64,000 bases of DNA from Antedon mediterranea (lineage: Eukaryota; Animalia; Echinodermata). The stretch covers positions 19,640,795 to 19,704,794 of the forward strand of contig NC_092670.1 of NCBI RefSeq assembly GCF_964355755.1, written 5' to 3'. Made by a program: the position numbers and the translations under genes. Below the pieces are notes generated by a model. That model saw nothing but the letters and a program-made list of their open reading frames with translations. It was not told where the DNA came from and searched no databases. Positions 58,630-64,000 of this stretch are shown here, piece by piece. Numbering within the stretch: position 1 is the first letter of the stretch; each line of letters starts with the position of its first letter.

Positions 58630-58916
58630 TTATCTGTGCAGAAAACCATTCATGGTTGACAATTACCGGTCGATTCTAAAACAAATAGTATGTTGCTCAG
58701 CTGAACGGCTGTTTATATTACGATCGTCTGCAGTAGCAGCCGAGTTACACAATTGTGATGCTGCTTATTATTATCACCGTTTTTATAAACAAGGTGACTA
58801 GCGAATCGGCCTTTGAAATTGGTAAGACAAATCCGTTACCTTTCGTACATCGCTTTTGATTGGCTGACGTTACCAGAGCGCCAAGCGTAATCAATTACGA
58901 CCACATCTACCAATCA
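58630..58916 (-). promoter_or_regulatory. Putative RASD promoter/5' UTR: CCAAT boxes, CRE-like site, TATA box, short uORF
   Basis: GATTGGCTGACGT at 58858-58870, CCAATC at 58911, minus-strand TATAAAA at ~58781-58787, uORF MNGFLHR* at 58653-58630. Confidence 0.5.
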
Positions 58917-59845
58917 GCTTGAACAAAACACAAAACTACTATCAAATTATTGTTTACAAAATACATTGTCATATTGGCCAATATTTCCAATAAGAAAAAC
59001 ATGTTGATTACTATAATTTTAAATATTAATTTTTTAATATCAATATTCGATTCGAACTAATTGTTAATTGAAACTAATGAGGCATGTGTCAGGGTCTATA
59101 GGGACTAACACTAAAACACGTAAACAACAGCCGTCGGAAGCTCAAATTATTATATATTAATAAATTAAGGGTATATATTTCATTACCGATATTACTCAAT
59201 TTGACGAACGTCTTTTGGAAACATTACAAAGTGCGATTCACACACTAGAGGTGGTTATTAGTGTCAAAGGTGCCGAGTTACGATGCGTTCACACAATGAA
59301 AAGGTATTCATTCCATTTGATATAATATTTTCTTATAATCTCTGTCCATTTCGACCATTCGCACTGGACGAACTGGTCGATTTCCCGACAACTCCTGCTC
59401 AAACGTTTAAGGGTAACATTATAGGGCAGGTTCACGTTTGTTTGCCGCTAAATCACGGACCAATTATCCGGATATAAATAACTAAGCATGACTTGTCCCA
59501 TGATGGTCATGTAGTTACTGCAGTAACTGCGGTAGACGTCTTTTACCACTGTTATTACCACACTTAGACCGCAGTAGATGTGCATAATTTACAGGTTCAA
59601 TTTTGGATGTCAACGAACGTTTTGATGGTTTAGAATATAGATTGTAAATTAATTGATTTAATACACATAATTTGCCACTGTCACATGTGAATAAACAATT
59701 ATAATTTGCCGATTATTCTGATGTAAAATGTTATCTGCACTGTACACGTTTGTACACAATGCAGATAACTTTCAAGTCATTGACATTGTTTGTATCATCG
59801 CAATTTAATTCAATGTCAACGCAATTTATGACAAATACTGTATAA

Positions 59846-60025
59846 AGGGTCTTTCACTCATCTATTCTGTTTCGGCACGGTTCCAGTCTGGCGAACTTAA
59901 CGTCAGTGTTTCGTTTTCACGACGCTCCACATGGGGCTATGCGCCAATCGATATGCGCGTAGCCGCGTGAACACAAATCATGTTCGATTTGATTTGCCGA
60001 CGCCGGAACCGGTGTGAAAGACCCT
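59846..60025. mobile_element. PIF/Harbinger-type MITE family C
   Basis: TIR AGGGTCTTTCAC ... GTGAAAGACCCT with a TAA TSD on both sides. Confidence 0.85.
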
Positions 60026-60771
60026 TAAATCATGGACCATGGTAGCATATACCATTTTCAACATACTCGCAACTATCATTTGCCGTTCGACGAACTACCG
60101 CCGCGAACACACCACACGTCAACATGATTAAAAAACATTTGATACAAATAATAATCATGAAATAACATTGAATGGCCAGTTATAGGACATCTCTACTCCC
60201 ATCAATTTATAACTCCGAGTCACGTGTCAGACAATAAATACGAAGAGTTTTCATGAATTCTGCGATTTCTCTTTACATAACCCTAAGGCCTACACACACC
60301 CTACCGGTGACAGCGTTTTTAATGCTTTTGTCTCTCCTCGGCTCCGTCTTCTACTTTTATATTATATATTTCTATATTTTTTAAAGTTTATCATGTCTAT
60401 TGCCGAAATGATTAAAATAAATAAATAACCGAATTATTCTAGTGCATGCGTCGCATGAAGCGATATCTGGAATCATTGCATCACGCATAAACATCAAAAT
60501 TAACATCATCATCCAAATCTACATCATCATCCAAATCAACATCTCTATACTGCAAAAAAGTACTGGAATTCTGATCCACCTGTTGCATTACGATAGACAT
60601 GTGCAATGTTGACACATTTCACAATATATGAATTTCTTTTGTGTTCACGATTGTTGTATCTTATGTAAAGATACCAAACCAAAAACAAACAGCAGCTGGT
60701 GTGCACTGTATTCACTGTAAGGTGATCTAATAATTTATATTTGATACAAACAAAACAAACCGATGTGGATG

Positions 60772-60930
60772 TAATGAACGAATGGATGGATGGATGGATG
60801 GAATGAACGAATGGATGGATGGATGGAATGAACGAATGGATGGATGGATGGAATGAACGAATGGATGGATGGATGGAATGAACGAATGGATGGATGGAAT
60901 GAACGAATGGATGGATGGATGGAATGAATG
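60772..60930. repeat. Compound (GGAT)n/GAAT/GAAC microsatellite
   Basis: AATGAACGAAT(GGAT)2-4GG repeated about 6 times. Confidence 0.95.
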
Positions 60931-61814
60931 AAAACATAATGAGTAGACAATGAAACACATAACAATATTACATTTCTTAATATAAATTAAATGTTTTAAT
61001 ACCATAATAATAATAATAATAATTACATAAGTATATATCTCTTAAAGTATCAAATACTGTTCCCAAATATTCATGAAAGACAAAACAAGTAAGCCTCTTT
61101 CTACGTCATAATACGCACCTTAAGATGACGTAATGCAACCCATGAAAACGTCATAATTATATCAGACTTACACAAAACAACTACATCCTATTGTAGTGAT
61201 TAGTGTAATTATGTATCATTTTTATAATGATATACAGTAATAATTTTGTTTTGCGAGAATGTGTTATTTCAAATGAAGACATATATAGCACTTTGAATGC
61301 GTAACGTCAATTGACAATGATGTTGTTTTACAACTGGACATGCGACAAGGTTTTAATTTAATTATCTAGTGGCCTACATATAAAGTGTACTGTATTTATT
61401 ATAGTTCAAGTTTTTCTATATTACAAAATGTTATAATCATTTTGTAATTTTTCCCTTCTGTAAAGGGTGTTAAACAAGACTATGTAGAGCAATCTATTTT
61501 GCCATATTTGTTAATGTATTTTTTTTAAACATTTGAATTTAATAAATATAGTTCATATTAATATTTATACTTTACTTTTTTACAATATAAGTACTGTATA
61601 CTATATTTCAATTAAAATTATTTCATTCAGAAAAGAACAAATAAATTAGTTTAAAAACCACTATAAAATAAAAAAATGCTTCTGTAAAAATTAAGTTATT
61701 TAATTATTATGTATTAAATAATGATTATTGTAGTAATAAGTTGTGTTGCACTAATAATTCAAACTGTCAAGTGTTTGTTCTTAATGATTACAATACTTTG
61801 TATTTATATAACTA

Positions 61815-63118
61815 CAGTCAACTCTCCCAATACCGGACTCTCCCAAAACCGGAATTCACGAAAAACCGGACTTTTTTGGAGGGCCCAATTTGTCCCTATT
61901 CTAAATGTACTGTAATTTATTATGAAAACCGGAATACCCAATTCCGGAATCCGGACAAATTATGAAGTACAAAACACGAAAATTAGCGTCTGAAAACCGG
62001 ACTGACGGTTAAAAAACTCCAAATATTTACGAAAACAACGTAACATCGTCGTCGCTGACTCGGATTCACTACATTCACAATGTACAAAAGCTTTTAACCA
62101 TACCCTCACCATGCATGAAGTGCGCGACGTTTCGCGGTACGATCAAATAATGTTGCCATGGAGCACTACACCGTGATTGACAGGTCAGTTCATTGTTAAC
62201 CCACGAGGCGGCAATTGCTTTGTTGCGTATCGAACTGCGGTGGGCTTTTTCACATCGAAGCGCTATGTCTGTCTATTGTTTTTAGCAGGGAGTTGTTAAC
62301 AACTCCCTGTTTTTTAGCATATGAATTGTTTTTTAATAAAGTTAAATTTACATTCCTGTGTCTTTGTTTTGTTTAAATTATTGTTAAATTCACAATTGCA
62401 ATAGGACTTTAAAAAGGAATGTTTCACTAAAAACGGGACTAAAAATGTGCATCATTATAAATTTGGAAATCATTATGGCAAAACGTAAACGGAATGAACT
62501 TGACTTAACTAGTGTTAATAAACTTTGAAATGTTACCAATTAATTATTGTGTCATTATTGCTTGGCTCGTTTACCTAATAAATTTTCATCATTGCTATCA
62601 AATTACGTCAAAATAAAGGAGCTTAAAAAACATGTGGTCTAGGTGTGGGCGTTTTTATTTGATTATGACACCTCTGCACATGCGCATCAATCAAAGCCCT
62701 TCACCCATGCTGCTGCTGCTAGCTAGCTCACGAAAAACAATAAACAGACCGAAATTATGTTCACCGTACGTACGTACGTAGGCCTTTTTGCCGTTAAAAA
62801 CACATTGAGAAACAATAATTTACTATTGTAACATGTTTTATTGGTACAGTAAATAATGTAACTTTTAAAAAAGGTAAATTGAATTACTGTAGCTTAATAT
62901 TAATAAAGTAGGCCTAGGCCTATCAGTATTTATTTAATTAAAACTAGATTGACACAATCATAGCCTAGCCTAGGCCTTCCCTACGCTAGGAGACCGTACC
63001 GGGCAGCATTCGGTGACAACGTGATGACTTTAAAAATATGTTTTCAGGAAACCGGACTTTCGAAAAACCGGAAAATATATGCCCGCCCAAGGGTGTCCGG
63101 TATTGGGAGAGTTGACTG
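61815..63118 (+). mobile_element. Non-autonomous pogo/Tigger-like (Tc1/mariner) DNA transposon, 1.3 kb
   Basis: Perfect 24-bp TIR CAGTCAACTCTCCCAATACCGGAC / GTCCGGTATTGGGAGAGTTGACTG, TA on both sides, subterminal AAACCGGA repeats, and a possible transposase N-terminal stub MAKRKRNELDL at 62475. Confidence 0.9.
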
Positions 63119-64000
63119 TACTTACTATAGTAAAACCTCTATTAAGGGGACACTTTTGAGACCAAACAAAATGTCCCCTTAATAGTGGCTGTCCATAGTC
63201 TTAAAACATTATTTCCACTTATTTGTTTCACTGGAAAGGACATTTTCTGTAAAGGTGTTATTTTAGTTATTTTGTTTTAGTTGTATATTTACTTCTTAAA
63301 TACTTGCTTGGAACACCACCATGCTTTAAAAGCGAAAAAACGAACAGTGCTCTAAAAAGGATTAAATATTTCTTTCATTTTATAATACTGTTATTAAGTG
63401 AAGGAGTGTAATAGGATTTCCTGTAGATTAAATGTCGTCCTTCCAAATGTAGTGTAGTATATATTATGTGCTATCAGCTATATTAGAGGAAAGCATGGAT
63501 AGGTTAGGTACGGGGCAAAAGACGAAAGAGAAAGTTGATGACGGAAGGGCTTTCTCCCTAACTAAACAGTCTATGTAGAGATGGGAATATAACACCAAAC
63601 AATCTGGTGATATACTGAAAATTAATGCCAAAATTATTAAGAATGATAAAAAGCCACCCCACTATATATATATATATATATAAATATGCAGCCATTATTT
63701 ATATATTATTATCCTATCATTGACCAAGGGCTTCTTTCATCCAGTACCCACCTTGACCAGAGAAGAGGCATATGCCAATACGTCTGAGGGGCTGCCATAA
63801 GAGTCAGTAGTGCTGATTTCAAATGCCTTTATATGGAAATTATATACAATACCCGATATACCCAGATAAGATGGTCTTCTATCCAAGCTATAACCAGGCC
63901 CAATGGTGTTTCAACGTGGTAAGGCCATAATTTGTAGCCATAAAGAAACTAAAAACTACCCAATGATATACAATGAAGATAAAGAGAATCTGTGAGAACG

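Noticed and set aside
59731-59769. Hairpin GTTATCTGCA...TGCAGATAAC as a miRNA candidate
   Set aside because: Too short and imperfect for a pre-miRNA; more likely a MITE remnant.
60545-61005. HPSI/FIPS repeat ORFs (also His-rich ORFs at 37024-37362 and 57265-57681)
   Set aside because: These are translations of microsatellite or low-complexity DNA that lacks stops on one strand.
63720-64000. Possible exon or transposon ORF at the right edge
   Set aside because: Composition is coding-like, but every frame I tried has stops and no motif was recognised; truncated by the window.

Overview
AT-rich, intron-containing animal genomic DNA, most likely echinoderm (inferred from a fibropellin gene). 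I could reconstruct four spliced genes by hand using GT-AG sites and phase checks. (1) PHF5A (+, 3 coding exons, 110 aa). (2) A 34-exon fibropellin-like gene (-): signal peptide, EGF, CUB, 27 tandem EGF, avidin-like domain, about 1335 aa. (3) An ST8Sia-like alpha-2,8-sialyltransferase (-, about 360 aa). (4) A RASD1/Rhes-like small GTPase (-, 2 exons, 14.3-kb intron, 282 aa). Also present: two tandem disrupted sulfotransferase-like copies, an unrecognised single-exon 310-aa ORF preceded by RFX X-box-like motifs, many mobile-element relics (Harbinger-type and hAT MITEs, a pogo-like element, L2 and L1/Tx1 LINE fragments, a tRNA-derived SINE), and several tandem arrays including a 2.2-kb satellite built from palindromes. 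There is no CRISPR array and no prokaryotic system. I cannot demonstrate a new biological system. The best leads are the X-box orphan gene, the palindromic satellite next to the fibropellin promoter, and the evidence for EGF-exon turnover. All comparisons to known proteins are from memory, with no database searches.
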